A stretch of DNA of 64,000 nucleotides from a virus. Its lineage: Duplodnaviria > Heunggongvirae > Uroviricota > Caudoviricetes. The notes under the pieces are model-generated. The model was not told the DNA's origin. It saw only the letters and a program-made list of their open reading frames with translations, and made no database searches. A program made the position numbers and the translations under genes. The DNA is taken from the IMG/VR virus record IMGVR_UViG_3300037467_000752; one strand, given 5' to 3'. This document shows positions 1-7,869 of this stretch, in pieces (position 1 is the stretch's first letter; every line of letters begins with the position of its first letter).

Positions 1-245
1 TTGAGCGGCAGGCAATTGCAGAGGACTTGTGTATCCCGCACTGCACCATCCTGAAGCAAGACATGCTGCGCGACATCATCGGCTACAAGGAAGGTGATGA
101 CGTGGTGAAGAAGTGTCTGGAGTACGCAGAAGGCCCCGGCGATAACCCCGGCGTCATGCGTGAGGGCGTGGTGTTCAAAGCCATGAATCGAGACTTCAGC
201 TTCAAATGCATTAGTAACACCTACCTGTTGAACAAGAAGGACTGA
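1..245 (+). CDS. C-terminal fragment of an ATP-dependent RNA/DNA ligase-like protein; the 5' end lies outside the window
   Basis: Open frame from position 3 with no upstream start in the window. Contains an EGVVFK motif matching nucleotidyltransferase motif IV (EGxVxK) and a C-terminal FKxISNxYLL segment resembling RNA ligase C-termini. Confidence 0.3.
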   Translation, partial: ERQAIAEDLCIPHCTILKQDMLRDIIGYKEGDDVVKKCLEYAEGPGDNPGVMREGVVFKAMNRDFSFKCISNTYLLNKKD

Positions 246-802
246 TGCGAGCAAACGTAACCCCGTTGGCAGAGTTGCAAGCTGCCTTCGTGTACGATGA
301 AACCAGCAAAAGTTGCATTCGTTTGCGCGTGGCGAAATACAGGGGCAGATATCGCAACGTGCTTGTGGGAGCAGCGGGGGATGAAGTCGGCTGTTTGCAC
401 AAGGCCAGTGGCTACTACGTGACCCGTCACAAAGGGATGCAGTTGCAGTGTCATCGCATTGCGTATTGTCTTGCCAATGCTTGCGAGCTTGACGCTGACG
501 AAGAAGTGGATCATGCGGATGGTAATAGGGCCAACAACAGGGCCGGAAACCTCTGCAAAGTCACGGCTACAGGAAACGCCAAGAACAAAGCTCGTTATAA
601 AAACAACAGTTCTGGCGTCACAGGTGTGCGAAGGTTTGTAACCAAAACTGGTTTCGAATACTACGTAGCTAGAGTAGGAAACGACCCACCCCGCTACTTC
701 TCCATCTTGGTGTTAGGTGAGCAGGGGGCATTTAATGCTGCCGTGCGTTGGCGTGAAAGTGAAGCCGAGGCTGCGGCGTACACAGAAAGGCACGGAACAT
801 GA
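245..802 (+). CDS. HNH homing endonuclease with an AP2 DNA-binding domain
   Basis: HNH motif CHRIAYCLANACELDADEEVDHADGNRANNRAGNL, then an AP2-like segment SGVTGVRR...YYVARV. The ATGA start overlaps the upstream stop. Confidence 0.7.
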   Translation: MRANVTPLAELQAAFVYDETSKSCIRLRVAKYRGRYRNVLVGAAGDEVGCLHKASGYYVTRHKGMQLQCHRIAYCLANACELDADEEVDHADGNRANNRAGNLCKVTATGNAKNKARYKNNSSGVTGVRRFVTKTGFEYYVARVGNDPPRYFSILVLGEQGAFNAAVRWRESEAEAAAYTERHGT

Positions 803-1242
803 CCTTCAAAGCCCTGCTAGCTGGCTTCCTTCTAGCCTTCACACTCGTGGCCCAAGCTCCATTGGCTCCACGATATTCACCGCCGCCTAAGCCTCTGCCC
901 GACTTGAGACAGGTTGCGTGCATGGCTATGGCTGTGAAGCGTGAGGCTGGAGGCGAAAGCTTGGCCGGGCAAAGGGCCGTGTTGGATGTCATCTATTCTA
1001 GGATGCGTAGCAGGAAGCTGAAGCCGTGCCAAGTCATCGCTCAACCGGGACAGTTCAGTTTCTATCAAGGAAGGATACAAGCAAGCAAGGAGGACTTGCG
1101 CAGGCTGGAAAGAGTTGCTAGAATGCATCCTGTGCTTGTGAAGGCTACACACTTCCATACGTTGGATGTACAGCCTGCGTGGGCAGAAAAATTTCAACGC
1201 CTTGCCGTGATCGGCGGGCATGTTTTCTACAAGGGGAAGTAA
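799..1242 (+). CDS. SleB-like cell wall hydrolase with an N-terminal signal peptide
   Basis: Signal peptide MTFKALLAGFLLAFTLVAQAPLA. QPGQFSFY and GGHVFYKG motifs are typical of the SleB cell wall hydrolase family. Confidence 0.55.
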   Translation: MTFKALLAGFLLAFTLVAQAPLAPRYSPPPKPLPDLRQVACMAMAVKREAGGESLAGQRAVLDVIYSRMRSRKLKPCQVIAQPGQFSFYQGRIQASKEDLRRLERVARMHPVLVKATHFHTLDVQPAWAEKFQRLAVIGGHVFYKGK

Positions 1243-2228
1243 TGATCGTGATCGAAGGCAAGTTCGGCATCCGTGCAACCATTCTGGCGGACTCCATTTC
1301 CGCTATCACGCGCGACCGCATGGTGACGTATGAACTGGAATATCCGCGCATCGTGCACGCAGAACTACTCACGCACGGGATGCTACGGAGGAATAGCGCA
1401 AGCTCTCGCGCTATTCCGTTCGCCAAGATGCTTGAACAACTTACGGCAGTGCCCGTGCGTTTCGGGGCTGCGCAAAGAGGTATGCAAGACGCAGGAGAGC
1501 ATCGCGCATTGATCCAAGGGTACACGCCTGAGCAGTGGTGGGACTTGGCTAAGAAAAGTGCGGTTCGCTTTTCGGAAGAGTTTTATGAGGCAGGCTATGC
1601 GAAACAGGTTTTCAATCGCCTGACTGAAGCTTTCCAGATGATGAAGGTGGTCCTTAGTGGCACGGAGTACGACAACTTCTTCTGGCTGAGGAATGACGGC
1701 GCAGCCGATCCGACTTTGCATGAACTGGCTCGCGTCATGTGGGAGGCGCGTCAAGCGTCTGCGCCCGCAATGCTGCAGCCCGGCGAGTGGCATGTTCCAT
1801 ACGTAGAAACCGTGCGCAACTCTTCTGGTGCTGCGTTGGCCTACTACATTTGGGAAAAGACGGAAGACGGCTTCCCTGCCAAACAATGGCTGACTCCGAT
1901 GGACGCTGTGAAGGTGTCTGCTGCACGCTCTGCGGCTGTGTCGTTCCGCAACGAAGACTACGGCTACAACAAGTGCATGGAAGTGCATCAGCGGCTTGTG
2001 GGCGACGAGCGGAAGCACGCTAGCGCCTTTGAGCATCAGTGCACGCCGATGAAGGCCGCAGACTACGAGAGCGACACTTTCAAACACGCCAATATACCGG
2101 CGATGCCGTGGACGTGGGAAGAAGGCATCAGCCATATGGACCGCAATGGCAACCTGTGGAGCGGGCCGCTGAAGGGCTTTGTGCAATATAGAAAACTTAT
2201 CCCCGGCGAGAACTACGGTGGAGAATAG
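1241..2228 (+). CDS. Divergent ThyX-like protein (thymidylate synthase complementing fold)
   Basis: Segment VTYELEYPRIVHAELLTHGMLRRNSASSRAIP aligns with the ThyX core (P-I-F-V...RHR..S....S.R), but RHR is replaced by THG. The start at ATG 1241 is chosen to avoid the overlap present in the longer ORF call. Confidence 0.4.
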
Positions 2229-2254
2229 CCGCGACTACACGAAAGGAGCTTGAC

Positions 2255-2428
2255 ATGATTCGCTTAATCGTGGTATTCTTCGTTCTCTGGTTGCTAACTG
2301 CGCTGGGGATTCGAAGGGCGCATATGCTGAAGGGCCGCATGGCCCAAGTCGGCAAAGACTTCGGAGCCGCTTTCGTGGCAGCTTCCATCGTGACAGGGTT
2401 ACTGATCTTGTTCGTAGCTCTGTTTTAA
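2255..2428 (+). CDS. Small hydrophobic membrane protein (57 aa)
   Basis: An aaaggag RBS lies 6 nt upstream of the ATG. The hydrophobic N-terminal half, IVVFFVLWLLTALGI, is predicted as a TM helix. Below the ORF-track size cutoff. Confidence 0.35.
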   Translation: MIRLIVVFFVLWLLTALGIRRAHMLKGRMAQVGKDFGAAFVAASIVTGLLILFVALF

Positions 2429-2454
2429 ATCAACGTGTAAAGGAGAAAACACAC

Positions 2455-3264
2455 ATGTTCAAGAAAATCATCGCAGCCTTGGCAATGGCTGCAGCATTGC
2501 TGGTATCCACGGGCTGTACCCGTATCGAAACCGGGGAGGTTGGTCTGCGCGTCAACATGAGCAAGCAAGTGGAGGGCACGGAGCTTGTCGAGGGCTCGTG
2601 GAACCAGACGCTGGTAGGCAACGTTCTGACGTTTCCTGTGCGACAAGTGGGCATTGACGTGAACGACCGTCATCCGCAAACTGCCGACAATTCCACGCTG
2701 GCAGATTTCGATGCGTCGGTGACGTACAACATCAACCCCGCATTCGTGAGTGAGCTTTGGTCAAAGCAAAGCCGTGGCTTCCACAAGTACGACGAGAAGC
2801 GTGGAGACTGGCTCTTGATGGAGCGCCGTGTAGAAACCTTCGCCAACAACGCCATCTACAAAGTGGTTCGCAAGTACGAAGTGCTGAAGGTGATGGATGC
2901 CCGGCAGACGATGGAAGGTGAAATCAAGAACGCCATCGTGGAAGAACTGAAGCTGGCGAAGCTGGAGGATGCAATCAGCATCGACACCGTGACGATCCGC
3001 ACTGTGTTGCCCGCACCTGACATCATCGCCAGTGCCAATCGCGTCATCCAACTCCAGAACGAATTGAAGGCGAAGGAGAAGGAAACGCAGATCGCTGAGA
3101 AGGAAGCTGACCGTATGCGTGCCCTGTCTGCCAACGCCGAAAAGAGCATCGCCTACATGGATGCCGAAGCACGCCGCAACCTGTCCATCGCTGTGATGAA
3201 CGGCAAGGTGCAGACGATCATCGTCCCGTTCGACTTCAAGGGCATCATCGGGGCAGGCAAATGA
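2455..3264 (+). CDS. SPFH/band-7 (prohibitin-like) domain lipoprotein
   Basis: Lipobox LVSTGC after a signal peptide. Band-7-like core and a C-terminal coiled-coil segment (ELKAKEKETQIAEKEADRMRA). Strong aaaggag RBS. Confidence 0.55.
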   Translation: MFKKIIAALAMAAALLVSTGCTRIETGEVGLRVNMSKQVEGTELVEGSWNQTLVGNVLTFPVRQVGIDVNDRHPQTADNSTLADFDASVTYNINPAFVSELWSKQSRGFHKYDEKRGDWLLMERRVETFANNAIYKVVRKYEVLKVMDARQTMEGEIKNAIVEELKLAKLEDAISIDTVTIRTVLPAPDIIASANRVIQLQNELKAKEKETQIAEKEADRMRALSANAEKSIAYMDAEARRNLSIAVMNGKVQTIIVPFDFKGIIGAGK

Positions 3265-3437
3265 CGGTGCAGCAATTGAAAGCTGCGTTCGAAGCATGGG
3301 AGAACAACCAACGCAGCAACCCGGAAAGCTTCCTTTCCAAAGAGGAAGTGGCGCGAATGGAAGTGGCTGATATTAGCGAGCAGCGTGCGCTGTACATGGC
3401 TGGTATCCTACGCAGTCAGGGCATCGCGGTGACTTGA
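3261..3437 (+). CDS. Hypothetical small protein (58 aa)
   Basis: ATGA overlap with the upstream stop. No recognisable domain. Confidence 0.3.
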   Translation: MTVQQLKAAFEAWENNQRSNPESFLSKEEVARMEVADISEQRALYMAGILRSQGIAVT

Positions 3438-3462
3438 CGAACGAAGGAAGGGATGCTACAAT
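3434..3462 (+). promoter_or_regulatory. Sigma70-like promoter: TTGACG, 17-nt spacer, TACAAT
   Basis: Exact hexamers with a 17-nt spacer. Same architecture as four other promoters in the window. Confidence 0.45.
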
Positions 3463-3476
3463 CTTCCCTTTCTAAC

Positions 3477-3504
3477 GGCGGACCACGAGTCCGCCTTTTG
3501 TTTT
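3477..3504 (+). terminator. Intrinsic terminator or attenuator hairpin: GGCGGAC-cacga-GTCCGCC followed by TTTTGTTTT
   Basis: Perfect 7-bp GC-rich stem plus U-tract. Lies about 15 nt downstream of the -10 above and 12 nt upstream of the primase-helicase ATG. Confidence 0.55.
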
Positions 3505-3515
3505 GAAGGACATGA

Positions 3516-5324
3516 ATGAGCAATTGGTGGGAAAAGCACGGCATCGACCTGACGAGAGAACACAAGACAGCCTGCCCCCGCTGCAGGCGCAAGGGTGGCG
3601 ACACAGCGGGTAACAATCTGCACTGCTATGGTATTGATAGCAACGGCAAAGACCTCGGGGCATTCTGCTGGGCGTGCGAGTTGAAAATTCCCAACGCAGA
3701 GTTGCGGGCAAAGCTCGATGGAGTCGAGGAAGATGAGGCTGAAAAGGAGTTTGAAAGGCTTATGAGTACAAGAGAAAAAATCACCCCAGAAGAAAACGAA
3801 AAGATCAAGAGCTACACAGGCATCGACTGCAAGGGCTGGCGCGGCATCCGCAAGGAAACGAATGCCTTCTTCGGCATCCGCTACAGCTACGACGAAGAGA
3901 CGGGCAAACCGGATTGCATGTACGTCCCGACGACAATTGATGGTGAACTAGCAGGCTATCGTCGCCGCATCTTCCCGAAGGACTTCAGCAGCCCCGTAGG
4001 TCAGGTGGGCAAAGAATGCGACATGATCGGCGAGTTTCGCTTCAAGAGTCACCGCAACGTCTGCCTGATCGTCGGCGGCGAAACGAAGATGGCACTGGCC
4101 TATCAAATGATGCGCGACGACCAAATTGCCAAGGGCAAGGACGAAATGTTCGACTCTGTGGCAGTGGTGTGTTCCACGCTGGGGGAGCCCGGAGCACACA
4201 AGCAGGCGCAACTGCGCTACAGCTTCTTCGAACAATTCAAGAAGATTGTTGTGTGCATGGATAGCGACGAAGCAGGTAGGGAAGCAGCCCAAAAGCTGGC
4301 GGCTGTGCTGCCCAAAGGTCGCGTCCACATTATGACGATGCGGTACAAGGACGCCGACATCTACGTGGAGAAGAACAAGGAAAACGAATTCATTCGCGAC
4401 TTCTGGAATGCCAAACCCTACACCCCTGACGGCATCATTGCCTCCAGCGGACTCATGGAGAAGGTGAAGGAGGCTGCACGGACGAAGCGTATCCCCCTGC
4501 CCCCGTTCATGCACAAGGCTGAAGCCATGATGGCAGGCGGCATTCCTTTGGGTGTCATCGTGAACCTTGCTTCCGCATCGGGCACAGGCAAATCCACCAT
4601 CGTTGACGAGTGCACGTACTTCTGGATTTTCGAGAGTCCTCACCGCATTGGCGTGGTGTCTCTGGAGTCTGATGCAGGTCAGTACGGCACGAAAGTGTTG
4701 AGCCGACATGTAGGCGTCAAGATCGACCTGATTGCGAGCGACGAAGAACGCATTGCATTCCTTGAGCGTCCTGACATCGTAGAGAAGGCGGACGTACTGT
4801 GGAACAACGCAGACGGAACCCCGCGCTGGCACGTTGTGGACGAGCGTGACGGTGGTGTGGAGAGCTTGAAGAAACAGGTGGAGGAACTAATCATCGCCTG
4901 TGAGTGCAAGGTGATTCTGCTGGACCCCATCCAAGACATCTTCGAAGGCATGTCTACGGACGAACAAAGCGCGTTTATGAAGTGGCAGAAGGGGATGGTC
5001 AAATCCCACAAAATCAGTTTCATCAACGTCAATCACGTTCGGAAATCTTCACAAGGGCAGAAGGCCAATTCCACTGGAGCAGACATCCACGAGGAAGACA
5101 TGCACGGTACAGGCTCCATCCTGAAGTCTGGTGCTTGCAACATGCTGTTCACGCGGGACAAGGAAGCAGAAGACCCTATCGAGCGGAACACCACGCGCAT
5201 GAAGATGACGAAGTGCCGTTGGACTGGCAACACAGGGCCTGCGGGAGAGTTCTACTACGAAAACGAAACGCACAAAATGTTTGACAAGGAAGACTGGATG
5301 CGTCAGAATCCGTCTACGTTCTAA
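3516..5324 (+). CDS. Bifunctional DNA primase-helicase (T7 gp4-like)
   Basis: N-terminal zinc ribbon CPRCRRKGG...CWACE. TOPRIM region, then Walker A LASASGTGKST and a DnaB/RecA-like helicase core. Confidence 0.85.
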   Translation: MSNWWEKHGIDLTREHKTACPRCRRKGGDTAGNNLHCYGIDSNGKDLGAFCWACELKIPNAELRAKLDGVEEDEAEKEFERLMSTREKITPEENEKIKSYTGIDCKGWRGIRKETNAFFGIRYSYDEETGKPDCMYVPTTIDGELAGYRRRIFPKDFSSPVGQVGKECDMIGEFRFKSHRNVCLIVGGETKMALAYQMMRDDQIAKGKDEMFDSVAVVCSTLGEPGAHKQAQLRYSFFEQFKKIVVCMDSDEAGREAAQKLAAVLPKGRVHIMTMRYKDADIYVEKNKENEFIRDFWNAKPYTPDGIIASSGLMEKVKEAARTKRIPLPPFMHKAEAMMAGGIPLGVIVNLASASGTGKSTIVDECTYFWIFESPHRIGVVSLESDAGQYGTKVLSRHVGVKIDLIASDEERIAFLERPDIVEKADVLWNNADGTPRWHVVDERDGGVESLKKQVEELIIACECKVILLDPIQDIFEGMSTDEQSAFMKWQKGMVKSHKISFINVNHVRKSSQGQKANSTGADIHEEDMHGTGSILKSGACNMLFTRDKEAEDPIERNTTRMKMTKCRWTGNTGPAGEFYYENETHKMFDKEDWMRQNPSTF

Positions 5325-5343
5325 CCAAGAAAGGAAGCAAGCA

Positions 5344-5805
5344 ATGGATGAGAACACATTTTCCGGGGCTTATGCCCGTAACACGGACCCCAGCACGTCG
5401 CATTGGGCTGCAAAGACGGTGGATGTCACTTACCTTGAAGGCGTGGTGCTGAATGCAATCAAGAAGTACCCGACGCTGGGCCTGACGCAAGACGAGTTGG
5501 TGGAGGTCACTGGCCTGCCCACGAACACCATTACACCGCGTTTCGCTACATTGCTGTCGAAGGGCCTCATCACTGCCGAAGGCACCCGTAAGGGCATCAG
5601 TGGCCGCAATCAACGTGTCCACCGTGGCGTGGCTGGTATCGCCGTGAACATTGCCCCGGAGCCTGCCAACAGCATCGTGCGTGAAATCGAGAACCGCCGA
5701 CAGGTGCGTGAAGCTACGGAACGAATCTCCCGGCTGAAGGAGGCTGCAGCGGCTGCTACGAGCGAAGCTGAAGCACTGGCGAAGCGGTACAACATCACTC
5801 TATGA
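5344..5805 (+). CDS. Hypothetical winged-helix DNA-binding protein
   Basis: Helix-turn-helix-like segment LTQDELVEVTGLPTNTITPRFATLLSKGLI and a C-terminal coiled coil. RBS gaaaggaag. Confidence 0.4.
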   Translation: MDENTFSGAYARNTDPSTSHWAAKTVDVTYLEGVVLNAIKKYPTLGLTQDELVEVTGLPTNTITPRFATLLSKGLITAEGTRKGISGRNQRVHRGVAGIAVNIAPEPANSIVREIENRRQVREATERISRLKEAAAAATSEAEALAKRYNITL

Positions 5806-5820
5806 AGAAGGAAATAAAGA

Positions 5821-6336
5821 ATGGCTGTGGAAGAAGTGGAGAAAATGGCTGGAATCCAGTCTAAGCCGCCTACTCAACTTGGCGTTGGCATCAATCCGAA
5901 GCAAGGCGCAGGCTCTGTGCAGCTTCCCATGTCGCTCGTTACTCCGTTGCTTCGTGCCAACATCGCTCTGGCGAAGTACAACGGCAAAGAAAAGTACGGC
6001 CTTGCCAACTTCATCGGCACGGAAGTGCTGATGTCCACATATCTCGATGCCATCTACCGCCACCTTGACAAGCTGTGTATGGGTGAGGAAGTGGACGAAT
6101 TGGATGGTGTGCCTCATATCGGCGCTATTGGCGCTGGGCTGGACATCATCTGTGCTGCCCGCGCTGCAGGAACGCTGGTGGATGACCGTGGACGTTGCGA
6201 CGGGCAACTGGAAGCCTACAAGGCTCTCACGCCGCTCGTGAAGCAACTGAAGGAACTTCACGCTGGCAAGAACCCTTATCACTACTACATGGTGAACAAG
6301 GAGAAAGACTTGCAAACAAAGAAGCAAGTGTGCTAG
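5821..6336 (+). CDS. Hypothetical protein
   Basis: RBS gaaggaaa present. No confident domain. Confidence 0.45.
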   Translation: MAVEEVEKMAGIQSKPPTQLGVGINPKQGAGSVQLPMSLVTPLLRANIALAKYNGKEKYGLANFIGTEVLMSTYLDAIYRHLDKLCMGEEVDELDGVPHIGAIGAGLDIICAARAAGTLVDDRGRCDGQLEAYKALTPLVKQLKELHAGKNPYHYYMVNKEKDLQTKKQVC

Positions 6337-6392
6337 AATTCAAGCTCCCTACGAAAACTAGTCAAGTCCAACACAACGAAAGGAAAGACACC

Positions 6393-6629
6393 ATGAAGCA
6401 ATTCATCATCAACGCCATCAACGCCCGTCGCTATAACGTGGATACCGTGCTGGCAGCGTTCCAGAAGACCCAACGGAAGCTGGAAGCGGCCGTGACGCAT
6501 CACACGAACGTAGCTGACTCGGCTCTGGCGGCTGCGGAGCGTGCCCGCATTGCCGCAGGCATGGCGCAAGTGGAGGCGAATCGTGCCGCTCGTGCCAGCC
6601 AGAAGCTGCAAGATTTGTTCTTCGTTTAA
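6393..6629 (+). CDS. Hypothetical protein (78 aa)
   Basis: RBS gaaaggaaag. Internal ATG chosen over the longer overlapping ORF. Confidence 0.4.
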   Translation: MKQFIINAINARRYNVDTVLAAFQKTQRKLEAAVTHHTNVADSALAAAERARIAAGMAQVEANRAARASQKLQDLFFV

Positions 6630-6657
6630 TACCGTTAACACTTTAGGAGGGACTCAC

Positions 6658-6813
6658 ATGCGTTATGAAGTTCGATTCAACAATGGCTATTGGAAAGCGT
6701 TCGACACGGCAGCTTATCGCGACGTGGACAAGTTTGGCATGAAGATCGATGCGGAGGCGGCAGCGCGTGAACTGAACGCCAAGAAACCTTTCAACAAGCG
6801 GAAGGGGGTCTAA
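6658..6813 (+). CDS. Hypothetical small protein (51 aa)
   Basis: RBS taggagg located 7 nt upstream. Confidence 0.4.
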   Translation: MRYEVRFNNGYWKAFDTAAYRDVDKFGMKIDAEAAARELNAKKPFNKRKGV

Positions 6814-6816
6814 GCC

Positions 6817-6990
6817 ATGTTCTACAACGTGTTGACCCCCGTGTATCGCAAGACGGGTGAGAAGATGGAAGTGGCTCCGGGCACGTTCAAAGACGTGTGC
6901 GATGTCTCGTGGAAGAAGATTGGCGTGGCCGACAGCATGGAAGAAGCCAAGGAGCGTTTTGGCGGCTACCCGGTGCTGGAGAAGGCGTGA
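6817..6990 (+). CDS. Hypothetical small protein (57 aa)
   Basis: RBS ggaaggggg. Tightly packed after the previous stop. Confidence 0.35.
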   Translation: MFYNVLTPVYRKTGEKMEVAPGTFKDVCDVSWKKIGVADSMEEAKERFGGYPVLEKA

Positions 6991-7275
6991 CCGCGTTCCT
7001 GTGGAAGCTTCGTTTCGCACTGGAAATGAAGCGTCGCTCTGGCGTGTCCTTGCGTGACTCGTGGGGCTGTGCCGAGATAGCTTGGGGTGACAATGTGGGC
7101 TACAAGTTAGACATGACGCCATCGGAAGCAGTGCATGAAGAACTGTCATGCTGGACGGACTAGGGGTAGCAACGTGCAAGCACTTTTTCAGGAGGTTGCC
7201 GCCAACGGCTACTTTTGGGCTGGGGTGTTGCTGGGGTACGTCTTGGCTCGTATCTAACAAGCAACATACCCCACC

Positions 7276-7304
7276 TTGCAAGGAGTGTGGCTTCGTGCTA
7301 CACT
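7276..7304 (+). promoter_or_regulatory. Candidate promoter: TTGCAA, 17-nt spacer, TACACT
   Basis: Hexamers with a 17-nt spacer located 22 nt upstream of the HNH gene RBS. Confidence 0.35.
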
Positions 7305-7326
7305 CCTTTTTCATTTTGGAGGAAGC

Positions 7327-7869
7327 ATGGAAGAAGTGTGGAAGGATGTTGTTGGGTGGGAAGGTAGCTACGAAATCTCCAGCTTTGGAAGGCTCCGCTC
7401 CAAACCATTCCTGAAACGCGGCTGCGGACGTTCCGGGCCGTTCACATTCTGGACAAAGGAGCGCATACTAAAACCGTCCTTGAACGCAGACGGCTATGTA
7501 ATTTTCAGACTTCAGCGCGACGGTGTGAGGGAGAGTGAGGGAATACACAGACTGGTTGCCATTGCATTTTTGCCCAACCCGGACAACCTGCCAGAAGTCA
7601 ATCACAAGGACTCGGTAAGAAGCAACAATCATGCGGACAATCTGGAGTGGGTGACTAGCCAACAAAATGCGCGTCATGCATTCGACAGCGGTAATCGCAG
7701 TAACGCCAGAGAGCGTCATCCGAGGGCTGTGTTGAATGAGGACTTGGTGCGCAACATTCGTACCATGTATGCCGAGGGTGCGCGAGTTGTGGACATAGCT
7801 AGGGCGTTAGGGCTACAATACTGGACAGTAAGCCGGGTTGTACATAACAGAAATTGGAAGGAAAGATAA
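7327..7869 (+). CDS. HNH homing endonuclease (NUMOD4 plus HNH_3 type)
   Basis: NUMOD4-like segment WKDVVGWEGSYEISSFGRLRS. HNH motif NHKDSVRSNNHADNLEWVTSQQN. Its stop overlaps the polymerase ATG. Confidence 0.7.
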   Translation: MEEVWKDVVGWEGSYEISSFGRLRSKPFLKRGCGRSGPFTFWTKERILKPSLNADGYVIFRLQRDGVRESEGIHRLVAIAFLPNPDNLPEVNHKDSVRSNNHADNLEWVTSQQNARHAFDSGNRSNARERHPRAVLNEDLVRNIRTMYAEGARVVDIARALGLQYWTVSRVVHNRNWKER

